This document shows positions 12,328 to 26,279 of a stretch of 64,000 nt of DNA, one piece after another. Origin of the DNA: Chiloscyllium plagiosum (lineage: Eukaryota). The notes beneath the pieces were generated by a model. It saw only the letters and a program-made list of their open reading frames with translations, did no database searches and was not told where the DNA came from. The position numbers and the translations under genes were made by a program. The stretch lies in the NCBI RefSeq assembly GCF_004010195.1, contig NC_057753.1, forward strand, positions 7,989,733 through 8,053,732, given 5' to 3'. The number at the start of each line of letters is the position of its first letter. Within the stretch, counting starts at the first letter, position 1.

Positions 12328-13894
12328 GAGATACATGGGTAGAACATGGACAGGATTGGCTGTTGCAGGTCCCAGGGTTTAAATGTTTTAGTAGGGTCAG
12401 AGGTGGGGGTAAAAGAGGAGGAGGTGTGGCATTGCTTGTCAAAGATAGTTTTACAGCTGTGGAAAGGACGATGGATGAAGACTCGCCATCTGAGGTAGTT
12501 TGGGCTGAGGTTAGGAATAGGAAATGTGAGCTCACCCTGTGAGGAGTTTTTTACAGGCCTCCTTATAGTCCTAGAAACGTAGAAGAAAGGATTGCGAGGA
12601 TGATTAAAGAGAAGGGTGAAAGTAATAGGGTGGTTGTTATGGGGGACTTTAACTTTCCTGATATTGATTGGGAAAGCTATAGCTCAAGTTCGTTAGATGG
12701 GTCAGTGTTTGTCCAATGTGTGCAGGAGGGTTTCCTGACACAATATGTAGATAGGCCAACAAGACGTGAGGCCATACTGGATTTGGTTCTGGGTAATGAA
12801 CCAGGCCAGGTGTTAGAATTAGAGGCAGGTGAGTACTTTGGGAACAGTGACCACAATTCGGCGACTTTTACACTAGTGATGGAGAGGGATAAGTGTGCAC
12901 TACAGGACAAGAGTTATAGCTGGGGGCAGGGAAACTATGATGCCACACAATACTCAAGTTGAGGTCTTATACGGACTCATAAGTATCTTATATAGTTTCA
13001 TCATCTCATCCCTACTTTTGCATTCTATACCTATGCCAATGAAGGACAGCATTCCAAATGCAATCTTTGCAACCTTATCTACCTGTACTGTTCCCTTTAG
13101 GGACCTGTGCACTTGCACACCAAGATCTCTCACTCCATCTACCCCTCTCAGTATATTCCTATTGATTGGGCATTCGCTTTTATTGTCTGACCTCCCCAAA
13201 TGTATTACTTCACACTTGTACACAGATCTTTGAAAGTTGCCACCCAGGTAAATAGTGCGGTGTGGAAGGCATATGGCGTACTGGCTTTTATTGGTAGAGG
13301 AATTGAGTTCTGGAGTACTGAGGTCATGTTGCAGTTGTATAAGACTTTGGTGCGGCCACATCTGGAGTATTGTGTGCAGTTTTGGTCGCCATACTATAGG
13401 AAGGATGTGGAGGCACTGGAACTGGTGCAGAAGATGTTTACCAGGATGTTGCCTGGTATGGTAGGAAGATTGTATGAGGAAAGGCTGAGGCACTTGCGGT
13501 TGTTTTCATTGGGGAAAAGAAGGTTTAGGGGTGACTTGATAGAGGTGTATAAGATGATTAGGGGTTTAGATAGGGTCGACAGTGAGAATCTTTTTCCACT
13601 TATGGAGTCAGCTATTACAAGGGGGCATAGCTTTAGATTAAGGGTTGGTAGGTATAGGACAGATGTTAGGGGTAGGTTCTTTACTCAGCGTGTCGTGAGT
13701 TCATGGAATGCCCTGCCAGTAGCAGTGGTGGACTCTCCCTCATTATGGGCATTTAAGCGGGCATTGGATAGGCATATGGAGGATCGTGGGCTAGTGTAGG
13801 TTAGGTGGGCTTGGATCGGCGCAACATCGAGGGCCGAAGGGCCTGTACTGCGCTGTATTCTTCTATGTTCTATGTTCTATGTTCTATGTTCTAT
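12328..13894 (+). mobile_element. Composite CR1 insertion: APE fragment (+), inverted RT C-terminal piece (-, about 12951-13215), young 3' end with (TTCTATG)n tail
   Basis: VVMGDFNFP..LDLVLGNE..SDHNS; 199-aa C-terminal ORF; GTTAACA at 12321-12327 and 13895-13901. Confidence 0.8.
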
Positions 13895-14673
13895 GTTAAC
13901 ATGGTGTATATCAGCTTCAGCAAGGCATTTGATAAGATTTTCAATGGTAGGCTCATTCTTAAGTCAGGAGGTATGTGATACTGGGAGATTTGGCTGTCTG
14001 GATTCAGGACTGGTTGGCTGACAGAAGGAAGACAGTAGTTGTAGATGGAAAGTATTCTGCCGGGAGCTCAGTGGTGAGTGTTGTCCCACAGAGGTCTGTT
14101 CTTGGGCCTCTGCTCTTTGTAGTTTTTATAAATGACTTGGATGAGGAGTTTGAAGGGTGTGTTAGTATATTTGCTGATGACACAAAGATTGAAGGTACCG
14201 TTGACAGTATGGAGGGCTATTGCAGGCTGCAGCACGACATAGACAGCAGGCAGAACTGGGCTGAGAAACGGCAGACGGAGTTCAAACTGGATAAATGCGA
14301 AGTGATGCATTTTGGAAGGTCAATCTCGAATGCTGAATATAGGATCAGAGACAGAATTCTTGGCACTGTGGAGGAACAGAGGGATTTGGGTGTGCAAGTA
14401 CATAGGTCCCTCAAAGTTGCCACCCAAGTGGATCGGGTTGTTCAGAAAGCATATGGTGTTTTGGCTTTCATCAACAGGGGGATCGAGTTTAACAGCCGCA
14501 AGGTTTCGCTGCAGCTCCACAAGACCTTGATGAGATCACACTTATAATATTGTGCCCAGTTCTGATAGCCCCATTACAGGAAAGATACGGAGGCTTTGGA
14601 GAGGTTGCAAATAAAGGTTAATGGGATGCTGCCTGGACTGGAGGGCTTGTCCTACGACCAGAGGTTGGCTAAG

Positions 14674-14945
14674 GTTGACTGAGATTGAGGAGAAAATCCT
14701 TCACCCAGAGAGTGGTGGGCGTTTGGAATGCTCTGCCCCAGAGGGCTGTGGAGGCCAAGCCTCTGGATACTTTCAAGAAAGAGTTGGATAGAGCTCTTAA
14801 GGATAGTGGAATCAACGGTTATGGGAATAAGGCAGGGACAAGATACTGATTGACGGTGATCAGCCATGATCATAATGAATGGTGCTGCTGGCTCGAAAGG
14901 CAGAATGGCCTACTCCTGCACCTATTGTCTATTGGCTATTGTCTA
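14674..14945 (+). mobile_element. Short CR1 3'-end insertion with (CTATTGT)n-like tail
   Basis: ttcacccagagagtggtgggcgtttggaatg..cctactcctgcacctattgtctattg. Confidence 0.75.
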
Positions 14946-15349
14946 TAAGCTCAGATTTTTCTCTCTGGAAAGAAGGAGGAACAGACGTGACCTGATCGAG
15001 GTAGACAAGCTAATGAGAAGCATGGATAGAATAATAGTCACAGACTTTTCCCCAGGGAAGTATTGACTGGCACAAGTGATTGTCGTTTTAAGATAGTAGG
15101 AGATGGGTATAGTGGAGACGTCAGAGGAATGTGCTTTACGCAGAGAGTTGAAAATTCATGGAATGCTTTGCTAGCAATTGTGGTGGAAGCAGAGTCATGA
15201 GGAAATTTAAGCTACTGCTGGACATGCAGATGGACAGCGGTTAGTTAAGGGTTGTGTACGTTTATTTTAGATGAGGAATAATCATCGGTACAACATCGTG
15301 GGCCAAAAGGCCTGTTCTAACTTGTATTCTGTATTTTCATGTTCTATGT

Positions 15350-17110
15350 ACTCATTATGCGGTACATTGTCAAATGGCGAACTGAAGCCCATGTGTGAAG
15401 TGTCTATCGCTCTGCCTTCATTAATCTTTTCGACCACTTTTAATAAAAATCAGTTTATGAGTAGCACATAACAGCCCTGATAATCCCCAACCAGTCATTT
15501 TCTTTCCAATTGCACCTGTCTGTTGGAATCCCCTCCTACAACTTCCTCAACAATGTCTTGTGGCTCACTGATCTTTGAATGAGTTAAGATTGGAATACTG
15601 ACAGCGTGGAAACAGGCCCTTCAGCCCAAGTCCACTCAGATCATCCGAAGAACAACCCACCCAGACCCATTCCCCTGTTCACTGGATACTACAGGAAATT
15701 TAGCGTGTCCAATTCACCGAGCTTGCACAGTGGGAGGAAACCCACACAGACACGGAGAGAATTTGCAAAAACCACGCAGATAGTTGTCTGAGTCAGGAAT
15801 TGAACCCAGGAGTCCAGCGCTGTGAGGCAGCAGTGCTAACCTCTGTGCCCACTGCAGTTCAGGGGCTTTCCTTGCAAAATGTCTTAAATAATTGCACATT
15901 ACTAAATCTTCAGTCTTCTGGCACTTTACACATAGCAGTTGATAATAGAAATATCAGTTGATATTACATACACTCCTTCCAACAAGCCGAAGTCCTCATC
16001 TTCTTATAGAAGACCATCATTATCCAGGACCTAATAAATCACCTGAAACGTGCATTAATGACGATCGCTCAGTGGTTTGGACGCTCATAATCATGACGTG
16101 TATCTCGAGGCTGGTTAAAGGCCCACATCAACTCTGGTCTCCCAACTTACCTCGATCCCCTACACTTTATCTACCAACGCAAAAGTACTCTGCAACATTA
16201 AACTTCGCAACGAGAGGGAATTTCTGATCAGCAAACGCGTTGTCTTGGTTTTGAAAACCCCTCGCTGGCTACGGGATATTTTACCTGCGAGTGGCTTCTT
16301 CCAATCATCTTTTGGAAGTTCCTGCCGAATACCATTAAAATTCAACCTGCCACAATTTAGAACATCAACTTGTGGACGAGGCATATCCTTTTCCCTCTTT
16401 ATTTTTAAACTGATATAATTATTGTCACTTGTCCCAAAGTATTGACGATTTATTCGTCTCTTCCTGCCTTATCTCCCAAGAAAACGTTGAGTTTCTTTTT
16501 CTTGTAGTGTCATCTACATATTGATTCAGAAGGTTTTCCAGTACACACTGAAACAACCTAACCCTATCTAAGCCATTAACTCTGCCACCGTCTGAGTCCA
16601 TGTTTGAAAGTTAAATTCCCGACTCTTTCATGCTACTTCTGTTAAAACTGTGTGCAATCTCCCTAAATATTTGTTTTTCAATTTCCCACTAACTATTAGG
16701 AGAGCGTTGAGGAGCAATATATAATTCCATGACTTAGATTAACTTCTTTTTTCTTCGTAGTTCCCCCAATATATGTTCACACGATGATCCCCCAAAAGTT
16801 TATTCTCGAAGCACTGCGGCTCATATTTGCCCAAATAAAAACATCACTTCGCCTGTTCTATTGCATTGGCTTTTCTACTTCCATAGCATCTGCACCCTGA
16901 AAAATAAAGCTGACAGCCCTGATCTTCCCTCAGTCGTGTTTCTGTAATATCTATGATATCCCAGTTCCATGTTCCCAACCATTCTCCGAGGTCATTTGCT
17001 TTGCACCTCAAGTCCGAACAAGGGCAGTTTAATTCATGCTACGTCTCTCATTCCCAGTTGTGCTCTTGCCTGTCTTCTCGATTTAAATTGCTCTCTTTAA
17101 CTTCTTCAAA
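15350..17110 (-). mobile_element. Old CR1 fragments with nested V-SINE (about 15575-15852, minus)
   Basis: Decayed RT and APE similarity; SINE antisense ggaattgaacccagg..gctgtgaggcagcagtgctaac. Confidence 0.6.
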
Positions 17111-18830
17111 AGAAACTGCACAAGTCAATACGTTTACATTTTCTTGGGTCTTCACTGTGAATATATTCCACAACCCCGTTAAGAAGCAAAATAGCATGGC
17201 AGCACACATTTCAATAGTTGTAGATTTATGAACATTCACACATCTATTAATAATTAAACTTAGGCACTAAACATGATGGAATTCATTCAAGGATTCGTCC
17301 ACACGCAGGCGTGACCATGTGGAGGAAACACAGATGTTCGTGGCACAAGGATGCCCCTATTAATGCAGAAATACTTATATGGATAGCGAGAAAACGGGAT
17401 GGCTCAGGTTTTGTGACACGTGGCTCTAAGAACCTGTACTGTAATAGTGAAATGTCTTTAAAGTTGTATAATTTTTAACCAATTAACTCAAATGACAGAT
17501 GAGATTATAATGTCCAATAGACTATAAATAAAAGCTGTGTATTTTGCAACTGAGAAAATATGTGCTGTCCAAAGGAAGCGCATGTATCGAAGTAATAAAA
17601 CAGAAATCTTTACACAGAAATAACAATAAAAAAACTATACTTCCGCTAGGAAAGCAGCTAACAAAGTACTAGTTCAAGGAAATGGAATAGGGTGTAAATA
17701 TATAATGATACATTTTATTTTCACAGATTCCACGGTTTTGGCTGAATTGGCGACAATGAGGATGATAATAGAAATATCTGGACACATAATTCCTCAAGCA
17801 TCACGCTTTTCCAATTTTACATTTTCAAAGGATCTCCCATCGCTCTGTTAAACGTGTGAATATTCAAAATATTCGTGCTTTAAAGTGAAAAAAATAAGTT
17901 TGATTGTCTCTTCTGTTTAATAAAATGCAAATTCACACATTAGTACTGCTGATCTCAAACGTTCACTTTATTGCTTTCTCCCTGGTTGTCAGCTCAAGCA
18001 ATTCGATTTATTTCGGACGAATGCAAATGTTCATCTGTTGTTTCCGATTGTCTCTGAATTCTGAAGGAAAGTCCTGTCGTTTTGGGGGCAGTACCAATAA
18101 ACTAACGTTCAGTTATGATTCCAAATCTGAAACTGAGATAACATAGAAATACAGATATTGAAATCATTTTGGCAATTATAGCTGTAACGTATTTCTGTCA
18201 AGTAACTTTGCAGTAATTTCAATTCATTATAATGTTTTCTCCTGTTTGTTATGATTTAATATTATTGTCTTCCTTTAAATTGAAAGCTTGGTTTCTCTTT
18301 CTGGTGGTTGTTCCAGGTCGATGCATTGAAGATCTTCGAGTATATGTGACGTTGTGGCAGCTATAATCTCAATTCTACTAATATAAAAAGAACAATTCTA
18401 TACAAAATTTCCCTCTGAAAATATTAAGGTATGTTGGGTAAAATAGCACTAATGCCGAATTTGCTGATTTCCTTTCTCCAAATTCCACTGATGGCATGCT
18501 TCTGACGCCCATGCCCCTCACCCCACCGCCACCCCGCTACCGCCCCCTGCCCCCGCCAAACACACACACACACGCACACATATTGAACATATCCCCGTTT
18601 GCCAGCCAGTGCTAGCTGGTTCTGACAATGACGGATGCAAAACAAAACGTTGAGTGCCTCAAGTGTGCTATGGGGGAACTTTACGATTCCCTTCCGCCGC
18701 ACAAAATGCTACGTAGCAAAATCACAATTCCATCAGATTTCGAGCTTCTCACACAGGAACCAGAGTGGACCATTCATGCCCTCGAGAAAATAATGCGTGA
18801 AAACGAGAAGGACATCCAGTCAATCCAGCG

Positions 18831-19125
18831 TGGGCAGCACGGTGGCACAGTGGTTATTACTGCTGCCTCACAGCACCAGAGACCCGGTTTCAGATCCTGC
18901 CTCAGGCGACTGTATATGTGGAGTTTGCACATTCTCCACGTGTCTGCTTGGGTTTTCTCCGAGTTCTCCGGTTTCCTCCCACAGTCCCAAGGTGTGCAAG
19001 TCAGGTGAATTGGCCATGCTAAATTGCCCATAGTGTTAGGTGTAGGGGTGTGTGTTGTTAGCGGGTCGGTGTGGACTTGTTGGGCCAAAGGGCCTGTTTC
19101 CACACTGTAAGTAACCTCTTCTAAT
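18831..19125 (+). mobile_element. V-SINE
   Basis: gggcagcacggtggcacagtgg..gggcctgtttccacactgtaa. Confidence 0.9.
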
Positions 19126-19249
19126 CAATCGATTTTCTGTTAAACGAACACAATGTGGCGTTTAGCCACTGAAATCTCTTCCAGATCAGATCCTTACTTC
19201 CCCTTTGTCGCCAATATATAGGATCTAGAATGGAGCAGAGACCGACAGA

Positions 19250-20600
19250 AGAGCAGGATCTTAGAATATCTTATACCACCAGGGAATAACTGGCATTAAA
19301 CAAGCTATTAGGACTGAAGGCAAATCATCAGAATTCATTACTAATGAGTTCATAACAGGACATTTGCAAGTGCAAAACAGCCACCCATCACAGTCAGCAT
19401 AATTTTATGAAAGGTAAATCGTGCTTGAATAATTTTCGTGAGTTCGTTAAATTTGTTGTAAGCAAGTTGTGCCAACGATATTGTGCAGATATTGTGAAAC
19501 TGGACTTCCGAAAATCATTGGGTAAGTTATCCACAAAAGATTCATACGCATGCTAAAACATCACATAGCGTTAAGGCAATTTATTAGCTTGGATGGACGA
19601 TTGGCTCAACCACAAAATACAGACACGCATAATTTTTATTCTGGTTGGCGAGATTGGTGTACTACATTGTTCAATGTTGAGGCCCCCACCAGTAGTAACC
19701 TATTTTAATGACTTGGAAAAGAGCATAGAAAGTACTATTGCCAAAGTTTCATGTGACACTAAAATAGGAGTAGATGCAAGTTTTGAAGAATAAGTAAGTG
19801 GATCTAATAAGGGCAATAAATTGATTAGGTGCATTGGTCGGCGTTTCATAGTGAAATTGTGTGTTATGAATCAGGTGATCCATTTTGCTTGGAGAAATAG
19901 AAAAGCAAATTATTACGAAATAGACAGAACTTTCAGATTCCTTTGGTGTGGAGGTGTCTGGTTGCCCCTTGAATGAATTGCCGAAAAAAAACCTGTATGC
20001 CGGCAGGGACGGTAATAAGGACGGCAAGTGAAATGTTTGTACTTATTTCAAAGCTATGGAACATATATGTAGGTAGGGGCTGCTGTATATTTACAAAGTA
20101 GGAGTGAGCCCGGAATAGAAATACTGTGAACAGGTTTCGTGTCCTTACTTCAGGGGGGATGCAGATGCAGATGCAGTGGAGACAATTCAGATAGCATTCT
20201 CTATATGGATTCTAAATATATCCAGTTTGTCCAGGGAAGAGAAATTGAGCAGTTTGGAGCTGTACCGTCCGGAATTCAGAAGAACGGGGGCGGGTTTGCA
20301 ATCGAGGTATATGAGATCCTGATGCGGTTGAAAATCTCGATGTCAAGTGAATGGTATCTCTTGTGGGTGAAGTAGGGCAAGAGTTCATAGTTTTAGAATG
20401 GAGTGCAGAAGATTTAAAACAGCTGTAGAAGTCACTACTCTAACGTCCAGAGCATTGTGTGGATGAATGATTATGCAGAATTGACAGTGAAAAGGAGCTG
20501 AGGCCAGGATAAGACGAGCCATGACCGTAACAAATGGGGGAGGAGGCTTGAGTACTTGAATTGCTCAGTGTTGTTCCACCTTATTATGTTATGATTTTAC
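19250..20600 (+). mobile_element. Highly decayed CR1 RT to 3' end
   Basis: cagcataattttatgaaaggtaaatcgtgcttga and tgtgacactaaaataggag (DDTK-like region). Confidence 0.55.
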
Positions 20601-20909
20601 GTAATATTCAGTCTTTCATAATTCTACAAAGTGTAAGGTTAGGACAGATTATCAAACAGAACACAGACATTGTGAATAAAGCAATCTTTATGAGTTCGAC
20701 AAAGCATAACGGTAGCGATTGCAACTAGTCAGACAGTTGGGCTCATGGAATATTTGTTCCCTGATTGGGGCAGTTAATCATGTCCAATTAAGGAGCCCTG
20801 GATGACAGATGAAAGGAGAAATGTCATACGTTCTGTCAGTTTGAAACCTGACTTTGAATAAGGCAGTACTGGCGGCATGAATTCTCCATCCATAAAGAAA
20901 GGGTGTCTT

Positions 20910-21350
20910 GCTGTTGAGTTTCCCGTCTTTGTGGAGTTGTTGAAGGGGATGGCCATAGGGGATGCCTGCACTATTTGTCCACTGACGATAATCTACTTAC
21001 CCTCTTTAAGCTGAGGTGGGTCTAACGCCCGGGAAATCCTCTCAATAACCCCCTCTGCCTCCCGAATGATCCGAAGTTCATCCAGCTCCATATCCCTAAC
21101 GCAGTTTTCGAGGAGTTGGAGTTTGGTGTGTTTTCCACAGATGCAGTCAGCAGGGACAGTACTGATAAATCTTACCTCCCACATTCTACAGAATGAACAT
21201 ACAACTTCCCTAACCTCCATTCTCACTATTCCAAATTTCCAACATGTATCCTGAAAATCTAATAAAATCTAGTCACCTTACCAACCAGTGCACGGAACCT
21301 TTTTTTGGTTCGAGGAGGAGGATGGGTGGGAGACGCTATCCAAGTTGTCT
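20910..21350 (-). mobile_element. CR1 5'UTR/ORF1 zinc-finger fragment
   Basis: VVCSFCRMWEV..CICGKH..ELDELRIIREAEGVIER. Confidence 0.8.
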
Positions 21351-21408
21351 GGGCAAAGAGTTTTGTGCTCTCTCCGTGTTAAGGAAATCATTCCTTATAA
21401 AGGATCTG

Positions 21409-22080
21409 GACAGTACCATGGCTCAGTGGTTAGCACTGCTGCTTCACAGTGTCAAAACCCCGGTTTGATTCCAACCTGAGGCGACTTCTGTGTGGAGTTT
21501 ACATATTCTCCCCGTGTCTGTAGGTTTCCTCCATGTGCTCCGGTTTACCAACACAGTCTAAAATGTGCAGGTTGGGTGAATTGGCCATGCTAAATTTCCC
21601 ATTGTGTTTAGCGAGGTGCAGGTCGGGGGAATTAGTTGGAGAAACGTAGACTCATCGGGTAGGGGTGCGAGTACGGGTGGGATACAATTGGGATTGTCAG
21701 TGTGGACTTCCTGATGGCCTGTTTCCACACCGTTGGGTTCTGATTCTATGCAGAATTGGGTGGCACGGTGGCTCAGTGGTTAGCATTGCTGCCTCACAGC
21801 ACCAGCGCCCCACGCTCGATTCGAGCCTCGGGCCACTGTCTGTATGGAGTTTGCACATTCTCCCCGTGTCTGCGTGGGTTTCCTCCGGGTGCTCAGGTTT
21901 TCTCCCATCGTCCAAAGATGTGCAGTTTAGGTGAATTGGCTATGCTAAATTGCCCGTAGTGTTAGGTGCATTGTTCAGAGAGAAATGGGTCTGAGTGGGT
22001 TACTATTCGAAGGGTCGCTGTGGAATTGTTGTGCCGAAGGCCCTGTTTCCAAGCTGTGAGGAATCTAATATCATCTAATA
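21409..22080 (+). mobile_element. Two head-to-tail V-SINEs (about 21409-21750 and 21757-22080)
   Basis: Two tRNA heads and two V-domain cores; mirrored at 63345-64000. Confidence 0.88.
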
Positions 22081-22225
22081 CTTGCACAGCAGTGATCAGA
22101 ATGGTCCTTTCCCCTCATTTCCCAGCCTTCAGGTCTTTACTTTCTCTTAAAAAAGATCATTGCATTTCTCTGCACTGGAATGTAAAAGGTTCTCAAGCCA
22201 TTTTCTGTAACTCAGCATCAAACAC

Positions 22226-22570
22226 AACAAAGTTAAAAATCACACAACACCAGGCTATAGTCCAACAGGTTTACTTGGAAGCACTAGCTTTTGGAGAGCT
22301 AGTCCTTCATTAGGTGGTTGTGGAGTATAAGATGTAAGGACTCAGAATACATGGCAAAAGTTTACAATGTGATATAACTCAAATTATATGCCTCATACCC
22401 TGCAGGCAAAAATATCCTAAGGCATGGTACATTGATGAGACCGAGCAAAGCCTCTGGCAACGGACGAATGCACACTGCACAGCAATCAACAGACAGGAGT
22501 CTTCCTGACAATCGGAGAATACGTCAGCGGAGTGATTTTTAACTTTGTACACCGCAGACCAACAGCTCCA
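22226..22570. mobile_element. Penelope-like element remnant: antisense pLTR with decayed hammerhead, plus GIY-YIG fragment
   Basis: aaagttaaaaatcac at 22229 is inverted at gtgatttttaacttt (22532). Minus strand cUAAUGA-a-GGAcuagcucUCC-AAAA-GCUA. Plus strand CRQKYPKAWYIDETEQSLWQRTNAH. Confidence 0.7.
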
Positions 22571-23591
22571 AATCAATAAACGCAGCACCAGATGTGAGCT
22601 ATAAAGATTTCATGCTCAGGGGAGAGACATACATGGAAAGGAAATCACCTGAGATAGGAATCTGCGGTATACGTGATCTTAAATGCTTTATAAGAAAGCA
22701 GGAAGCAGGCAGAATTAGGCCAGTATCTTCAATTTTGTTATTTTTTCATACGATGTGGGCATCATCTTTGAGGTTATTTATGCTCATTCTGATTTTTCCT
22801 TCTATTGAGTGTCTTAGTCAGCTATTCCCGTGGGCAGTAATGGTTAAAACACATTGTTGTGGGTCAACAGTCACACAGGGACCTGAACAGGAAAGACTAA
22901 CACATTGCATTCACTAAACGACATGAGCAAAGTGTACAAATTTGTTTTGAAAAAATAATGACGGCTTCATTGCCGCCGTGTAAACTTCACTAATTCCCTT
23001 CAATACGAATGATTTCGTACTCTAACTCAAAGAGAGAGCAGTATGATTGACTGTGTTTGAAATAAGTTGGACGTATAACTGTCACTCTAAAAGGGATTGT
23101 CTTTGTTGGTCAGAATTGAAATCTGCTGCATATAGTTGTGTCCAGTTACTATACGGAGGGAGTCCAAAATGAGAAAGTACTGGATACATTCTGGGACATT
23201 TAACACACACGGTTCCTGTCTCTGACATTGGTGACATGAAGACATCTGAAGGACGCATTGAAATGTGCACTTTTGTCTAACCACTGAATTCTTTCTCACA
23301 AATCAAGGGCTGCACTAAAGATGCGAAATCAGCCGAGACGTGACATCGAAGGGGACGCTCTAATTTCAGATACACAGTCATGTTTATTCGCAGCCTCACT
23401 CAATGAGCAAAAAGATCGCAAATGGAAGACCTATGCAGAAAAGTTTAAGAAGCTGACAGAGCTGATGTATGTGCTTATTAATGTCTTTATTTTAGTGTGT
23501 CTTTACTACCGCGTGCGTCTGTGTATCAGTATTTGTGTGTCGGTATTCTAGTATCGATACTGGTATGTGTGTTAACGAGTTTTGAGAAAAT

Positions 23592-24432
23592 TTGTCTCTC
23601 AGGTTAAGGTTTTGGATGTAGGTTTGCTCGCTGAGAGGAAGGTTCATATCCAGACGTTTCTTTACTCTACTAGGGAACATCTTCAGTAGGCCTCAGACGA
23701 AGCAAAATGCTGAAAATTTCTGCTTTCTATTTCTATGTTTGGGTTTCTTTGAGTCGGTGATGTCATTTCCTGTGGTTAGCACTGCCCGCTGATTTCTAAG
23801 CAACGAACTCAAACAAGCAGACAAAATACGTCCAGAAACCCTAGCCACTCTCCCCTACAACAAAGACATCTCGGAAATGTCTGCCAGACTACTCAGACCC
23901 CTTGGCATCATGGTAGCCCACAAACCCACCAACACACTAAAACTGCAGCTAATGAACTTGAAAGACACGATGCAGAAAATGTCATTTACAAAATACCGTG
24001 AAAGGACTGTAACAAACATTGGACAAACAGGCAGAAAAATACCTACCAGGATACATAAACACCAACTAACCACAAAAATACATGACCCTCTCTCACTGGT
24101 ATCCTCACATATGGAGGATGATGGACATCACTTCGACTGGTTCAACACATTCATCCTAGGACAAGCCAAACAAAGACATGCACGAGAATTTCGAGAAACA
24201 TGGCATTCTAACTGGAACTCTGTCAACAAACAAATTAATTTAGACCCACCTACCATCCTCTGAGAAAAGGAACAGGAAGTGACTTCACCACAGGAAATAA
24301 CATCACCACAGGAAATGACATCACCAATCCAAAGAATCCAAACATATAAATAGAAAGCAGGAATATTCAGCATTGCGTTGCCTGAGGCCCACTGAAGATA
24401 TTAACAAGTAGGGTAACAAAACGTCTGGTAGA
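23592..24432 (+). mobile_element. Penelope-like element: inverted pLTR copy (23592-23775), then GIY-YIG region and sense pLTR
   Basis: LATLPYNKDISEMSARLLRPLGIMVAHKP..IGQTGRK..FDWFNTFILGQAKQRHAREFRETWHS; hammerhead-like cores at 23650-23689 (-) and 24389-24428 (+). Confidence 0.88.
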
Positions 24433-24584
24433 TGTATGCATGTGTGTGGCATTCTGAAAATATCTCCGCTGTTAAGAGTGATGCAATGCCACTTTCTGAA
24501 GGCCTCCGCGCGCTACTGCAAAGTCGACGGATACTGAAAATCATCAGCGATTCAATCAGAGAGGGAGAAAGGTAGGGCAGCAAC

Positions 24585-25045
24585 TCACACCATCATCCAG
24601 TCTGACAGCACCACCCAAACTAACAGCACCTTCAACATAAGCAGACACACACATCTAATGGTAAACATTGGCACACAAAGGCAAGTACCGAGAAACACAC
24701 GTGCAGACACAAACACAGAGACAAACGAAAAGACACCCACAGACACAAGCACAAACAGACTATACATATACACAAAGACTGAAGCACAGACAGAGACACA
24801 TACGCAGAAACCAGAGATACACATACGTGAAACATAGATGCTGATATGTGAAACACAGTCATGCATGCAGACTCAAAGAAGTACATATATATGCACAGAG
24901 ACTCGCGAGACTGATCCGTAAAGGCATCCATACAATCACACAGATACACGCATATGGACACACAGAAGCACTTGCATATGCACACACAGATAAACAAAGA
25001 GTCCCAAACACTCACATACATAACAACACATACACACAGTGAGAG
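24585..25045. repeat. Degenerate CA-rich low-complexity tract (mirrored at about 60940-61400)
   Basis: Base composition; source of spurious C/V-rich ORFs. Confidence 0.85.
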
Positions 25046-25129
25046 AAAAACGAACAGCAGAACCAGTGCAATATGGATAATTGTGAGATTAACAACTTTG
25101 ATTAAAACAATTGTAAGGAATTATTTAAC

Positions 25130-25860
25130 TAGTTACAAAGTTGGAAAAGGCAATGGGCAATGAGACTTTGATGTCCTCGTATGCAGTCGCTGCAATTAAG
25201 CAATTTTCATCAGGTCTGAAAAACGTTAAACTACACGTGGGCATTCACAGCGAAAGAATTCGAGTCCAGGAGCAACAATGTCTTGCTGCAATGGTACAGA
25301 GCATTGGCGACACTTCAACTGGAACATTGTGGGTAATTTGGTCTCCTTTTCTTTGGAAAGATCTATGGATTTCCATGACGTGCAGCAAACTTTCAGCAAA
25401 TTGAATCATGGGATGATAATGCTGACTTATGGTGAGAAGTTGATTCGGTTAGAGTTGTGTTCATGTGAGTTTAGAAACTGAGCGGCAATCGGACAGCAAC
25501 CTGTAAAATTCTACAGTGGTCGACAATCAGATCCATGAAGGATGTTCCTGATTGAGAAGACTTTCTGTAGCATAGGTCATGGTTGAATGATAATGTCTGA
25601 AGCTTTTACTAAGAAGAAGAGGAGAAATTTATTCTTCGAAACAGTGGCAAGCTTATGGAATTCAGTGTCACAAAAACTGGTTGAGGAAAAAATGTGATTT
25701 CATCAAAGAAGGACACGTATCTCATGTGGCTGAAGGGATCAAGAGATATGGAGACAGAGTGTGATTAGGGCATTGAACTTGATGATCAGCAATGATCATA
25801 AAGAATGGTTCAGCAAGCTCGAGGAGTTAAATGGTCTGCTGCTGTTCCTTCTATGCTTCC
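25130..25860 (+). mobile_element. Decayed CR1 3' end (mirrored at about 60130-60850)
   Basis: LLQWYRALATLQLEHCG-like remnant and CR1 3'UTR. Confidence 0.65.
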
Positions 25861-26279
25861 GTAGCGATGGCCTCAGTTCGCTATTTAAGATACCACCCTA
25901 AGGTCTTACAAAGTCTCCGAACTGATCTGCCTAACCTTCCCATTTGGCCCACCAAAGTTGCTATTTACATCACAAAACGGCTCTCTCCTGATAACTAAAA
26001 CACTCGTCCGGCTCGCCACCATCTCCTTTCTGCTCAGACGAAGGATCCCGTCCTGTCTGTAACATCCAACAACAATCCAGACTATGGCTTCTGTTCAAAT
26101 GGACATATAAACGGCATATCCCGTTGGCCAGGATGTATAAACAGGTTCAGAGAGTGTGTTGTACATGGTTCAGAGTTAATGAGCGAGTCGACCGGAATAC
26201 AAGGCTCTCTTTGACCCAATCAGGAGATGGTATCCTTCAGTTACTCAATCGAGATAGCAGAACGGATTCAAAGAACAAA

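Larger units (their letters stand above)
11855..15348 (+). mobile_element. 5'-truncated CR1 LINE (RT to 3' end) interrupted by two younger insertions
   Basis: RT reads IDKSPRPD..SCLTNLIELFEE..RAV to 12327, resumes at 13895 and continues VPQRSVLGPLLF..FADDTK. Confidence 0.85.

Noticed and set aside
24585..25045. Cys/Val-rich ORFs here and at 61006-61589
   Set aside because: Translation of a degenerate CA/TG tract.
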